Source: Flavobacteriales bacterium
Lineage (GTDB): Bacteria > Bacteroidota > Bacteroidia > Flavobacteriales > BACL11
Length of the DNA: 64,000 bases
Reading direction: 5' to 3'
Assembly: GCA_947502765.1 (NCBI GenBank)
Contig: CANNBA010000001.1
Coordinates: forward strand, 33,124-97,123
Shown: positions 15,673 through 25,155 of the stretch, piece after piece
Layout of the letters: each line of letters begins with the position of its first letter
How positions within the stretch are numbered: the first letter of the stretch is position 1
Position numbers and translations under genes: made by a program
The notes under the pieces: model-generated
The model's input: only the letters and a program-made list of their open reading frames with translations
Told to the model about the DNA's origin: nothing
The model's database searches: none

Positions 15673-18096
15673 TTATCGTATCTCAGCTCCTGCTTGTTCT
15701 TTAAAAGATTGCATTAATTTCTCCATTAGCTTATCGACATATAAATCAGTTAAAGTTTGAGTTTCATCAGCCATAGTAAAGGCTAAAGCATAAGATTTTT
15801 TTCCCTTAGGTAGTTTATCGCCTTCATACACATCAAATAAATTAACTCTTTTTAAAATTTTAGTATCCACTTGCATTGCTATTTTTTGGAGATGATCAAA
15901 CGAAACATCCTTGTCAATTAGTAAAGATAAATCCCTTCTTACTTCAGGGAATTTTGAAATTTCTTGATAGTTGATTTTAGTATCTCCAACCAATTCAAGC
16001 ACTAAATCCCAATTAAAATCTGCAGCATACACCTCTGATTTTACATCAAATGCTTTGCAAAGCTTTTTATCCAATTTTCCAAAGCAAACCAATCTTTTTT
16101 TGTTGAATTTATACATCAAAGCCTCATTAAAACCATAAGTATTGATTGATTCTGATTTTATAGTATTGATTCCCAATCTGCTTAAAATGTGTTCTACTTT
16201 CTCTTTGATAAAAAAGAAATCTGCTTTAGTAGAATTGGTATTCCAATTTTCAGCCTCAACCCTACCACTTACTAAAATCTGGAGGTGTTGATTTTCTAAA
16301 TAACCTTGCTCTGTTTTATGATAAGTTTTGCCAAATTCATAAAACTTAACATCTGCATTTTTACGGTTCTGATTGTAAGTAATGTTTTCCAAACCACTAA
16401 ATAAAAGTGACTGACGCATTACATTCAAATCTTGGGATAAAGGATTCAAAAGCTCCACATTTTGATTTGCATCCAATTCTGGAATTAAAGCTGTATACTT
16501 CCCTTTGGTTAAGGAATTGTTCATAGTCTCATTAAAGCCATTGCTAGACAATAAATCGGAAATTGTATTCCTAATATCTTCAGGATTTACTCCATTGCTA
16601 TATGAAATTGTTGAATTTAACTTTTTAGGAATTGCAACTGTGTTAAAACCATAAATTCTTAAAATCTCCTCAATTACATCAACTCCTCTTTGTACATCAG
16701 CACGAAAGGGAGGAACAAGCAAGCTTAAACCATTAGGACTTTCGCTTGTAATTTCAATTTCCAAATCTTTAAGTATACTTTTTACCGCTTTTCTATCAAT
16801 AAGCTCACCAATAAGATTATCCATCTTTGCATAGGAAAGCTCAACTGAAAAATGTGCTATCTTATTTGGATAAATATCAGTAATCTGAGAAGCAATTTCA
16901 CCACCACATATCTCAGTAATTAAAAGAGCAGCACGTTTTAGCGCATAAACAGTAATATTTGGATCACAACCTCTCTCGTATCTAAAAGAGGCGTCAGTAC
17001 TAAAACCATATCTTTTAGCGGTTTTGCGAATGCTAATAGGGTTAAAATAAGCCGATTCTAAAAAGATATCTTTAGTTGCTTTAGAAACACCAGAATCTAT
17101 CCCACCATATACCCCTGCAATACACATAGCTTTGGTGGCATTGTTTATCATTAAATCATCAGCTGAAAGCTCTCTTTCAACTGCATCCAAAGTAGTAAAC
17201 TTGGTTTTATTCTTAACTCTTGAAACAATAATTTTATTTCCATTAATCTTAGCCATATCAAAAGCGTGTAGAGGCTGACCAATTTCATGAAGTACATAAT
17301 TGATAATATCTACTACATTATTGATAGGCGTAAGCCCTATAGCTTTTAATTTATTTTGTAGCCAATCAGGTGAATCGGCCACTTTAATACCGCTAATACT
17401 TAGACCAGAATACCTGGGACAAAGTTCAGTGTCTTTTACTTCAACGGTAATAGTTTTGCTAGTATTGGCAACTTTAAATCCATCTACTGATGGTCTGCAC
17501 ATTTGTAGTTTACTTCCTTTATGGTTAAGTGCTGTTAGTAAATCACGGGCAACACCAATATGCCCCATAGCATCAGAGCGGTTTGGGGTAAGCCCAATTT
17601 CAAAAACTGTATCTGATTCCAATTGGAAATATGTACTGGCAGGCATACCCACTTTTGCTTTAGTATCCAATACCATAATACCACCTGTTGGTTCTCCAAT
17701 ACCTAACTCATCTGCTCCACAAATCATCCCTTCTGAAGTTTCTCCTCTAATTTTACTTTTTTGGATTGTAAAGCTCTCAGCCCCATTATAAATAATAGTA
17801 CCGATAGTAGCAACTGGTACCTTTTGCCCAGGAGCAACATTAGGAGCGCCACATACTATCTGCAAGGGCTCCTTAGCTCCTATATTTACAGTAGTAATGG
17901 CTAATCTATCTGCATTTGGGTGCTGGATTCTAGTAAGCACCTGACCAATTACAACTCCTTTAAGCCCTCCTTTTATGATTTCTACTTGGTTTACACTTTC
18001 TACTTCTAAGCCAATATCAGTTAATAGTGTGGCTAGCTGATCAGCAGGTAGCTCCAGATTTAAATAGTTATTAAGCCAAGCATAAGATATTTTCAT
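15673..18096 (-). CDS. pheT: Phenylalanine--tRNA ligase beta subunit
   Basis: 807 aa. MKISYAWLNNYL start, tRNA-binding domain, B3/4 and B5 regions, and a C-terminal anticodon-binding-like domain. Confidence 0.9.
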   Translation of the reverse strand: MKISYAWLNNYLNLELPADQLATLLTDIGLEVESVNQVEIIKGGLKGVVIGQVLTRIQHPNADRLAITTVNIGAKEPLQIVCGAPNVAPGQKVPVATIGTIIYNGAESFTIQKSKIRGETSEGMICGADELGIGEPTGGIMVLDTKAKVGMPASTYFQLESDTVFEIGLTPNRSDAMGHIGVARDLLTALNHKGSKLQMCRPSVDGFKVANTSKTITVEVKDTELCPRYSGLSISGIKVADSPDWLQNKLKAIGLTPINNVVDIINYVLHEIGQPLHAFDMAKINGNKIIVSRVKNKTKFTTLDAVERELSADDLMINNATKAMCIAGVYGGIDSGVSKATKDIFLESAYFNPISIRKTAKRYGFSTDASFRYERGCDPNITVYALKRAALLITEICGGEIASQITDIYPNKIAHFSVELSYAKMDNLIGELIDRKAVKSILKDLEIEITSESPNGLSLLVPPFRADVQRGVDVIEEILRIYGFNTVAIPKKLNSTISYSNGVNPEDIRNTISDLLSSNGFNETMNNSLTKGKYTALIPELDANQNVELLNPLSQDLNVMRQSLLFSGLENITYNQNRKNADVKFYEFGKTYHKTEQGYLENQHLQILVSGRVEAENWNTNSTKADFFFIKEKVEHILSRLGINTIKSESINTYGFNEALMYKFNKKRLVCFGKLDKKLCKAFDVKSEVYAADFNWDLVLELVGDTKINYQEISKFPEVRRDLSLLIDKDVSFDHLQKIAMQVDTKILKRVNLFDVYEGDKLPKGKKSYALAFTMADETQTLTDLYVDKLMEKLMQSFKEQAGAEIR

Positions 18097-18119
18097 TTAG
18101 CAATACTTTGTAATAAATA

Positions 18120-18127
18120 CAAAAATA
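18120..18127 (-). promoter_or_regulatory. -7 promoter box (TATTTTTG on the minus strand) for pheT
   Basis: The reverse complement of CAAAAATA lies 23 nt upstream of the pheT ATG and just downstream of the preceding terminator. Confidence 0.35.
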
Positions 18128-18174
18128 TAAAAATAGCAAGCTAGTTTACATTATTTACTATTAAGTTTTTAAAC

Positions 18175-18202
18175 AAAAAAGCCCACCATGGTGGGCTTTT
18201 TA
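18175..18202. terminator. Rho-independent terminator (perfect 16-nt palindrome)
   Basis: AAAAAA-GCCCACCATGGTGGGC-TTTTT, downstream of the minus-strand gene 18227-18937. Confidence 0.8.
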
Positions 18203-18226
18203 TAAGTCTTTTAAAATTTACTAGTT

Positions 18227-18937
18227 TTATCCTCCAAACGTATATGCTACACAAATGTAGAAACCAGAATTTTTAATACTAGGCAAATCTATGCCTAGTT
18301 GTTGCAAAAGTGCTTTCTCGTCATCATCTATATCTATATTTATAGATAGCAGATTTGATAATATATTTGTTAATCCTGAAGAATATCCTGCACTTACGCT
18401 CATTGCATCATTAATAGAGTAAACAGCACCAATATTAATTCCGAAATCTATAGCTTTTATACCATCATCATTTGCACCATCTCCAAATTTTATTGATTTT
18501 GATGGTAATGTTGTTGTCACGTTAGCTGAATCATACTCTATTTTAATTTTACCACTAATAGCATAAGCAAGATATGGTCCAAATGAAAGTGAAAAAGCAT
18601 CAGAAACATTGTAAGAAAAACTTGGTGAGATGTCTAAATAGTTAACCGTAGTAAGAGTGTATGTACCTTTATAAGTTACATCATCAATAGTATACTCATA
18701 AGTTTCTTTAATATTTGATTGCTTGAAAGCTACAGCAATATCAAGACTCGCTTCATCATTATACCGTTCCATTGCATAACTTGCACCAATAATCATACCT
18801 AATTTTATGCCATTTTCCGCATCGCCATCATTTGCAGTAAAATTTGCCATGTTAAGACCCATTTTAGCGCTAAATTGGCCAAATGAAGCTGTTGTAGTTA
18901 AAGCAACTAAAGTTAAAATTATAAATAATTTTTTCAT
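18227..18937 (-). CDS. Outer-membrane beta-barrel (porin-family) protein
   Basis: Signal peptide MKKLFIILTLVALTTTASFGQ. Alternating amphipathic strands with G/Y/S-rich segments throughout. Confidence 0.6.
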   Translation of the reverse strand: MKKLFIILTLVALTTTASFGQFSAKMGLNMANFTANDGDAENGIKLGMIIGASYAMERYNDEASLDIAVAFKQSNIKETYEYTIDDVTYKGTYTLTTVNYLDISPSFSYNVSDAFSLSFGPYLAYAISGKIKIEYDSANVTTTLPSKSIKFGDGANDDGIKAIDFGINIGAVYSINDAMSVSAGYSSGLTNILSNLLSINIDIDDDEKALLQQLGIDLPSIKNSGFYICVAYTFGG

Positions 18938-19013
18938 ATTGTTTTTATTAGTAATTTAACAATAATAATGTATTGAATTGGCTGCAAAATTAATCTATTA
19001 AATTTAAAAAAAG

Positions 19014-20579
19014 CTACTTATCTACTCTTTTTAAATCGAGAAGGTTCATAGCATTACACTCAAATCCTGATATATTCTTTTGAGAGAAACGCAATACTTT
19101 GTCATAATAAAGCGGTACTACAACCGCATTCTCAATAATAATCTCATCCATCTTCTGATAAAGTTTAACTCGCAAACTATCATTTGTCTCTGATAATGAT
19201 GCTTCATACAACTTATCATAAGTGCTATTATTAAAATGTGTGTAGTTTGGGCCGTTTGGGCAAAAATTCTTACTGTAAAACAGAGAAAGATAATTTTCAG
19301 AATCAGGATAGTCGGCAATCCAACTTCCTCTAAAAAAGCTAAGCTTTGAAGTTGCCACCATTTGCCTATGTGTAGATGGAGGATTTACCTCTACCATAAC
19401 ATTTAATCCAATTTCTTGTAAACTATTTTGTATATATTCGCATAAATCCAAATAGGAAGAAGTGGTAGAAAGTATAATTTCTTGTTTAGTATCAAAATCA
19501 CTTTTTGCAATAAGTTCTTTTGCTTTTTCAGCATTAAAAGTATAGCCGATTACATTTTCAGAGAAAGAAGGCAATCCTACAGGTACAAATCCGTTTGTAG
19601 CTGGAGTTCCAATATTATTTCTAAGGTATTTGAGCATTTTTACTCTATCAAAGCCAAAATTAATAGCTTGCCTAATTTCCAAAGGCAAAGGCTCATTTTC
19701 AAGTAAAAAACCCAAATATTCGGTATTCAAATAAGCCAAAGATTGTAAGTTTACTTTATCTTTATACTTTTCTTGCAATTCTCCTGTATTGGTAAGTATT
19801 TCATCATTATAGCTAGCATCAATTCCAGAGATAAAATCTAATTTCCCTTGTATAAACTGCAAGAATGCAGATTGTTTGTCTTTAATAAAAGTAATGGCTA
19901 CTGCATCTAAAAATGGCAATTGCTCCTGCCCTTGCTTTTCAAAATAGTTAGGATTTTTTCTAAAAACTAATTTTACCCCATCTTCCCAAAGTTGAAATTG
20001 AAAAGGCCCCGTACCAATTGGATGACGATTAAAGTTGCCTCCCTCCACAATCTCCTTAGGAACAACTGAGCAATACTGCATGCTTAATAGTGATAAAAAT
20101 GCTGGAAAAGGGCTACTGAGTGTAATAGAAAAAACACTATCATTTACAGCATAAAAAGACTCAACGCTAGCTAAAACCCATGCCCCAGGAGCTGCTAAAT
20201 TTTTATCTAAAAGTCTGTTAAAAGAATATTCAAAATCGGAAGCTAAAACCTTTCTTCCCTTACCGTTTTTAAACAATTCATGATTATGAAAAACAACATC
20301 AGTTCTTAAATTAAAAGTGTAATTTAAAGCATCAGAAGAAATATCCCAATCTTTTGCAATAGAAGGAATTACATTTAAATTATTATCTAATTGTACCAAG
20401 CCATTAAAGAGCTGATTAGTTGCCCAAATTGTTGCTTGGTCTTTTGCAAAAGTAGGATCTAAAGTTGCTATTCCAGCTGACTCATTATACCTAAATATAG
20501 CTAAGTCAGCATTAGAGTATTGCTTGCCACAAGAAATGATAAAAAGTGCTAAAACAAAAAAGCCAACTCTCCACTTCAT
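19014..20579 (-). CDS. ABC transporter substrate-binding protein, peptide/nickel family 5 (solitary)
   Basis: 521 aa with lipoprotein-like N-terminus (FIISCGK). SBP_bac_5-like motifs such as TLDPTFAKDQ and GTGPFQF. Confidence 0.7.
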   Translation of the reverse strand: MKWRVGFFVLALFIISCGKQYSNADLAIFRYNESAGIATLDPTFAKDQATIWATNQLFNGLVQLDNNLNVIPSIAKDWDISSDALNYTFNLRTDVVFHNHELFKNGKGRKVLASDFEYSFNRLLDKNLAAPGAWVLASVESFYAVNDSVFSITLSSPFPAFLSLLSMQYCSVVPKEIVEGGNFNRHPIGTGPFQFQLWEDGVKLVFRKNPNYFEKQGQEQLPFLDAVAITFIKDKQSAFLQFIQGKLDFISGIDASYNDEILTNTGELQEKYKDKVNLQSLAYLNTEYLGFLLENEPLPLEIRQAINFGFDRVKMLKYLRNNIGTPATNGFVPVGLPSFSENVIGYTFNAEKAKELIAKSDFDTKQEIILSTTSSYLDLCEYIQNSLQEIGLNVMVEVNPPSTHRQMVATSKLSFFRGSWIADYPDSENYLSLFYSKNFCPNGPNYTHFNNSTYDKLYEASLSETNDSLRVKLYQKMDEIIIENAVVVPLYYDKVLRFSQKNISGFECNAMNLLDLKRVDK

Positions 20580-20684
20580 AAATAAGTTTTAAGTTGGCTA
20601 AATTAAGTAATTAAAATTACCTCATAAAATTTAGTTCTCCATTATAAACCCAAAGTTTCTTAACCTATATAAGCTTGATGAATC

Positions 20685-21002
20685 TCAAACTTTTAACACA
20701 ACATCATAAAATCCTGGTGTGTTATATACTGTTATTGGATTTTTTAAAGTGGAAGTATTACCATTTCCAAAGTCCCATAACCATGATGTTGGGCTTATTG
20801 TAGATAAATCTTTAAACTCTACAACTAAGGAGCCACATCCTGTTTCTGAAGTAATTGTCGTGAAATCTGCCGTTACTTGTGGGGTTGCACTAAAGGAAAC
20901 AAGCATGGCTATTAGGACAAGGAAAAGGTATTTACAAGATTGAGTAACTTTTATGCTGATCTTTCTTTTTAATAAAAAACTAAGGAGTAATAATGTTATC
21001 AT
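20685..21002 (-). CDS. Short PKD-domain protein, probably a truncated remnant
   Basis: ADFTT..CGSLVVEFKDLS...WLWDFGNGNTSTLKNPITVYNTPGFYDVVLKV then a stop. The last PKD strands are missing and only ~100 nt remain before the next gene. Confidence 0.4.
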   Translation of the reverse strand: MITLLLLSFLLKRKISIKVTQSCKYLFLVLIAMLVSFSATPQVTADFTTITSETGCGSLVVEFKDLSTISPTSWLWDFGNGNTSTLKNPITVYNTPGFYDVVLKV

Positions 21003-21101
21003 AAATTTGAGTTTTACTTAAATTTTTTTTGAAGAACTTATTGGTTAATACGCGTTTAAAATAAAATTGGTTACAAAAACACGAATCCTTTTTCATTTCT
21101 C

Positions 21102-21109
21102 TATTTTTG
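21102..21109 (+). promoter_or_regulatory. -7 promoter box (TATTTTTG), predicted leaderless transcript
   Basis: TAnnTTTG match ending 4 nt before the mtaB ATG at 21114. Confidence 0.4.
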
Positions 21110-21113
21110 CCAG

Positions 21114-22424
21114 ATGTTTAAAGATAAAAAAGCAGCATTTTATACTTTGGGTTGCAAACTCAATTTTTCTGAAACCTCTACTATTGGTAGGCAACTTACA
21201 GATATTGGTTTTAGTAAAACTGATTTTGATAGCCCTGCTGATTTATATGTAATAAACACTTGCTCAGTTACTGAAAATGCCAACCGTGAGTGCAGAAGAA
21301 TTATCAGAAAAGCTAAAAAAAACTCTCCTAATTCTTTTGTTGTTGTAACGGGTTGCTTTGCTCAATTAAAACCCAAAGAGATAACTGCAATTGAGGGTGT
21401 AGATATGGTATTGGGAGCAAATGAAAAGTTCAATTTACCCAAACTACTAACTGATTTAAATAAACCTAAAAAAGCAGAAATTCACGGATGTGAAATTGAT
21501 AATTTGGATTACTTCACTTCTTACTCTTTAAACGATAGAACCCGTTCATTTCTTAAAATACAAGATGGTTGCGATTATCCTTGCACCTATTGTACCATTC
21601 CTCTTGCAAGAGGAAAAAGTAGATGTGATAGTATCGAAAACATTATTAAAAGCGCTGAAGATATTGCATCTAAGGGGATTCAAGAAATTGTTATTACAGG
21701 AGTAAATATTGGAGAGTTTAAAGATAAAAACAATAGCAAAGGATTCGGTTCTTTAATGAAAGAACTTGAAACAGTTAGAGGAATTAACAGGTACAGAATA
21801 TCATCTATTGAGCCAAATCTAATTACAGATGAAGTAATAGACTTGGTAAAAAAATCTGATAAGTTTATGCCTCATTTTCATATTCCATTACAATCAGGAT
21901 CTGATATAATCTTAGGTAAAATGAAAAGACGCTATCAAACTAAATTATATAGTAATAAACTGGAGAAAATTGCGGCAGAAGTTAAAGACGTTTGTATTGG
22001 GGCTGATGTAATTGTTGGTTTCCCAGGCGAAACAGATGAAGAATTTGATAAAACAATCCATTTTATTAAAGAGTTGCCTATATCCTATTTGCATGTGTTT
22101 TCATACTCTGAAAGAGAAAATACTCTTGCTATTGAATTGGAAAATAAAGTAGCTGAAAAAACTAAAGCTGAAAGAAACAAACAACTACGAATTTTATCCG
22201 AAAAATTGCAACGATCTTTTTATCAAAAATACTTAAATACTGAGCATACAGCACTTCTTGAACAAGAGAACCATGAGGAAATGCTTTATGGATTTACAGA
22301 TAACTACATAAAAGTGAAAGTACCTTTTAATGAGAAAATATGCAGAAGTAAACAACAAATAAAACTTCTGGAGATTGACTCAGATGGAATAATGAAAGCT
22401 GAATTATTAGCAACTAAAAAATAA
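21114..22424 (+). CDS. mtaB: tRNA (t6A37) methylthiotransferase MtaB (radical SAM)
   Basis: AFYTLGCKLNFSE N-terminus, radical-SAM CDYPCTYC motif and a C-terminal TRAM-like region. Confidence 0.8.
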   Translation: MFKDKKAAFYTLGCKLNFSETSTIGRQLTDIGFSKTDFDSPADLYVINTCSVTENANRECRRIIRKAKKNSPNSFVVVTGCFAQLKPKEITAIEGVDMVLGANEKFNLPKLLTDLNKPKKAEIHGCEIDNLDYFTSYSLNDRTRSFLKIQDGCDYPCTYCTIPLARGKSRCDSIENIIKSAEDIASKGIQEIVITGVNIGEFKDKNNSKGFGSLMKELETVRGINRYRISSIEPNLITDEVIDLVKKSDKFMPHFHIPLQSGSDIILGKMKRRYQTKLYSNKLEKIAAEVKDVCIGADVIVGFPGETDEEFDKTIHFIKELPISYLHVFSYSERENTLAIELENKVAEKTKAERNKQLRILSEKLQRSFYQKYLNTEHTALLEQENHEEMLYGFTDNYIKVKVPFNEKICRSKQQIKLLEIDSDGIMKAELLATKK

Positions 22425-22427
22425 TAA

Positions 22428-23576
22428 ATGTATCCTACTATTTCCCACATTATTTATGATCTATTTGGAGTAAATATTCCTTTACCAATACAGACTTTTG
22501 GTTTTTGGGTAGCAATATCTTTTTTAGCAGCAGCATGGGTTATTACTTTGGAGTTAAAAAGAAAGGAATCGGAAGGATTCTTATCAGCAGTTAAAGTAAA
22601 AGAAATAATTGGAAAAAAATTAAGTGCTCAAGAAATTATTAGCAGTGTACTTGTTGGATTTGGGATAGGTTTTAAAGGTGTTGAAGCCCTCTTTCATTAT
22701 AGTGATTTAGTGGCAAACCCTCAAGATTTTATCCTATCTACAAGAGGAAACTTATTAGGAGGCTTGTTAATTGCAGGAATTGCATTGTATTTAAAATGGA
22801 AAGAAAATCAAAAAACAATATTAGCTATACCTAAAGAGATAGAAAAAACGGTTCATCCTTTTGAGTTAGTAGGAAATATAACAATGATAGCAGCAATATC
22901 TGGAATTATTGGGGCAAAAATATTTCATAACTTAGAAAATTTGGACAGTTTTTTAGCTGACCCCATTGGGCAACTTATGTCGTTTAGCGGACTTACATTT
23001 TATGGAGGGCTTATAGCTGGTGCTATTTCTGTTATTTGGTATGCTAAAAAATATCAAATTAACATCAAACATCTTATTGATAGTGCTGCTCCTGCACTTA
23101 TGCTCTCCTATGGAGTTGGGCGTATTGGATGCCAGATGTCAGGAGATGGAGATTGGGGAATTGATAATTTAGCTCCAAAACCAGAATGGATGAGTTTTTT
23201 ACCAGATTGGATGTGGAGTTATAACTTTCCTCATAATGTAATTAATGCAGGAATTCCTATTGAGGGCTGTACGGGAAATTTCTGTATGCAATTAGCTAAT
23301 CCTGTATGGCCAACTGCCTTTTATGAGGTGGTTATGTCAATTACAATTTTTGGAATACTTTGGGCTATGCGTAAGCATATAAAAGTTCCAGGGGCCTTAT
23401 TCTTTATTTATTTAGCTTTTAATGGTATAGAACGCTTTTTTATTGAAAAGGTGAGAATAAACACTGAATATAATATTCTAGGAGGTATAACTCAAGCTGA
23501 AATTATCTCATTTTGTTTGGTTTTAACAGGAATAATAGGTACAACGTATCTTTATAAAATCCGAAAGATAAATTAG
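22428..23576 (+). CDS. lgt: Prolipoprotein diacylglyceryl transferase (long Bacteroidota form)
   Basis: Polytopic membrane protein. TFYGGLIAG and YGVGRIGCQMSGDGDWG correspond to the Lgt HGGLIG and GRxGNF regions. Confidence 0.6.
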   Translation: MYPTISHIIYDLFGVNIPLPIQTFGFWVAISFLAAAWVITLELKRKESEGFLSAVKVKEIIGKKLSAQEIISSVLVGFGIGFKGVEALFHYSDLVANPQDFILSTRGNLLGGLLIAGIALYLKWKENQKTILAIPKEIEKTVHPFELVGNITMIAAISGIIGAKIFHNLENLDSFLADPIGQLMSFSGLTFYGGLIAGAISVIWYAKKYQINIKHLIDSAAPALMLSYGVGRIGCQMSGDGDWGIDNLAPKPEWMSFLPDWMWSYNFPHNVINAGIPIEGCTGNFCMQLANPVWPTAFYEVVMSITIFGILWAMRKHIKVPGALFFIYLAFNGIERFFIEKVRINTEYNILGGITQAEIISFCLVLTGIIGTTYLYKIRKIN

Positions 23577-23631
23577 ATAAAATTATTAACTTATGTATGA
23601 GTTGATTTTACATACTATTAATAAATTATTT

Positions 23632-23639
23632 TATTTTTG
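23632..23639 (+). promoter_or_regulatory. -7 promoter box (TATTTTTG), predicted leaderless transcript
   Basis: TAnnTTTG match ending 5 nt before the ATG at 23645. Confidence 0.4.
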
Positions 23640-23644
23640 TTCAA

Positions 23645-24529
23645 ATGAAAAAACTATTTTTAATTAGTATTTGTATACTACTCGGTTTTAGTGCGTTGTC
23701 TCAAAAAGGAAATAAAACACTTATTTCAGAATATGAGGACACCTTAAAAGTAATGGCGCATGAAATAATGAATGCTCCATCAGAAGAAGAAAGAAGAATA
23801 GCAAATACTGCTTTTATTACCAATCTTAATGAGGTTTTGCAATATGAAAAATCATTTACTTTTCCTTTTGACTCACTTATAACAATCGCAAAAATTAAGG
23901 CTCCTGATAATACTTTTCGTATTTTTAATTGGCTGCTCCGAAAAGATAATGATACCTATGAGTATTATGGAATTGTCCATTATCATAATAAAACACGAAA
24001 ACGATATGAGTTAATACCTCTAACTGACAACTCAGCTAATATCAGAAATCCTGAACAAGCTGATCTAGATGCTACAAATTGGTACGGAGGCCTTATTTAT
24101 GACATTGCTTACATTAAAAAACCAGGCATAAAACATTATACCCTTCTTTCTTATGATTTAAATGATAATTACAGTAGAAAGAAAATAATAGATGTCATGT
24201 ACTTCTCTGGGAAGAACAAAATTAAATTTGGATTACCTATCTTTAAAAAATCAAAAAATGAAAGTCAGAAAAGAGTGATTCTCCAATATGATGCCAAAAC
24301 ATCAATTAGTGTAAAATATCATGAGGAAAAAAACCAAATTATCTTTGATCATTTAGTGCCAAGCCGTAAGGATTTAGAAGGTTTGTATGAATACTACATT
24401 CCTGAAGGCACATTTAATGCTTACAATTACAAAAATGGAAAATGGTGGTTAGAACAAGATATTGATATTAGGAACTCTCAAAAAGCCCCAAAAATTAAAA
24501 CACCAGAAAGAGGATTAATTCCTAGATAG
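23645..24529 (+). CDS. Secreted hypothetical protein
   Basis: Signal peptide MKKLFLISICILLGFSALSQ. No motif recognised. Confidence 0.55.
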   Translation: MKKLFLISICILLGFSALSQKGNKTLISEYEDTLKVMAHEIMNAPSEEERRIANTAFITNLNEVLQYEKSFTFPFDSLITIAKIKAPDNTFRIFNWLLRKDNDTYEYYGIVHYHNKTRKRYELIPLTDNSANIRNPEQADLDATNWYGGLIYDIAYIKKPGIKHYTLLSYDLNDNYSRKKIIDVMYFSGKNKIKFGLPIFKKSKNESQKRVILQYDAKTSISVKYHEEKNQIIFDHLVPSRKDLEGLYEYYIPEGTFNAYNYKNGKWWLEQDIDIRNSQKAPKIKTPERGLIPR

Positions 24530-25126
24530 ATGTTAAAACACTATCCTTTAAATAAGCTTATTGCCGGATGTGATGAAGCGGGAAGAGGCTGCTTAGCGGG
24601 TCCTGTTGTTGCTGCAGCCGTAATCTTACCAAATAATTTTAAAAACAAAATGCTGAATGACAGTAAGTTATTATCAGAAAAGAAAAGAGATTTACTAAGA
24701 AAAGTTATTGAAAAGCAAGCAACATGTTGGGCAATAGGCATAGTTTCACCAGCAGAAATTGACAAAATAAACATTCTAAATGCTTCTTTTTTAGCAATGC
24801 ATAGAGCAATTAAGAAGTTATATTTCGAGCCTGAATTTCTAATCATTGATGGTAATCGATTTAATCCCTATCAAGGTATTAATCATGAATGTATCATTAA
24901 AGGTGATGGTAAATATTTAGTAATAGCTGCTGCCTCTGTTTTAGCCAAAACTTATCGTGATGATATCATGAAAAAATTAGCTGTTGAATTCCCAGATTAT
25001 AACTGGAAAAAGAATAAAGGATATCCAACAAAACTGCACAGAAATGCAATTAAAAAGATCGGTATTTCAAAACATCACCGAAAAAGTTTTCAACTACTTC
25101 CTTCTCAGCTAAGTTTAGAGTTATAA
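24530..25126 (+). CDS. rnhB: Ribonuclease HII
   Basis: [19 protein letters not shown] catalytic motif; 198 aa. Confidence 0.9.
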   Translation: MLKHYPLNKLIAGCDEAGRGCLAGPVVAAAVILPNNFKNKMLNDSKLLSEKKRDLLRKVIEKQATCWAIGIVSPAEIDKINILNASFLAMHRAIKKLYFEPEFLIIDGNRFNPYQGINHECIIKGDGKYLVIAAASVLAKTYRDDIMKKLAVEFPDYNWKKNKGYPTKLHRNAIKKIGISKHHRKSFQLLPSQLSLEL

Positions 25127-25131
25127 ATTTT

Positions 25132-25139
25132 TAATTTTG
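25132..25139 (+). promoter_or_regulatory. -7 promoter box (TAATTTTG)
   Basis: TAnnTTTG match 16 nt upstream of the ATG at 25156. Confidence 0.35.
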
Positions 25140-25155
25140 TGGTCAATGCCTATTT

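Noticed and set aside
17300-17791. 163-aa ORF on the plus strand
   Set aside because: It lies entirely antisense within pheT, which has unmistakable homology. The sequence is low-complexity and hydrophobic, typical of a shadow ORF. The same reasoning applies to 11386-11571, 12741-12974, 14292-14525, 6157-6342, 7124-7375 and 9255-9488.
21067-21252. 61-aa ORF overlapping the mtaB start, and the similar small ORFs 33944-34126, 35126-35314, 37624-37833, 39763-39945 and 42486-42725
   Set aside because: They overlap well-supported genes in other frames or strands, lack start-site signals, and have compositionally odd translations.
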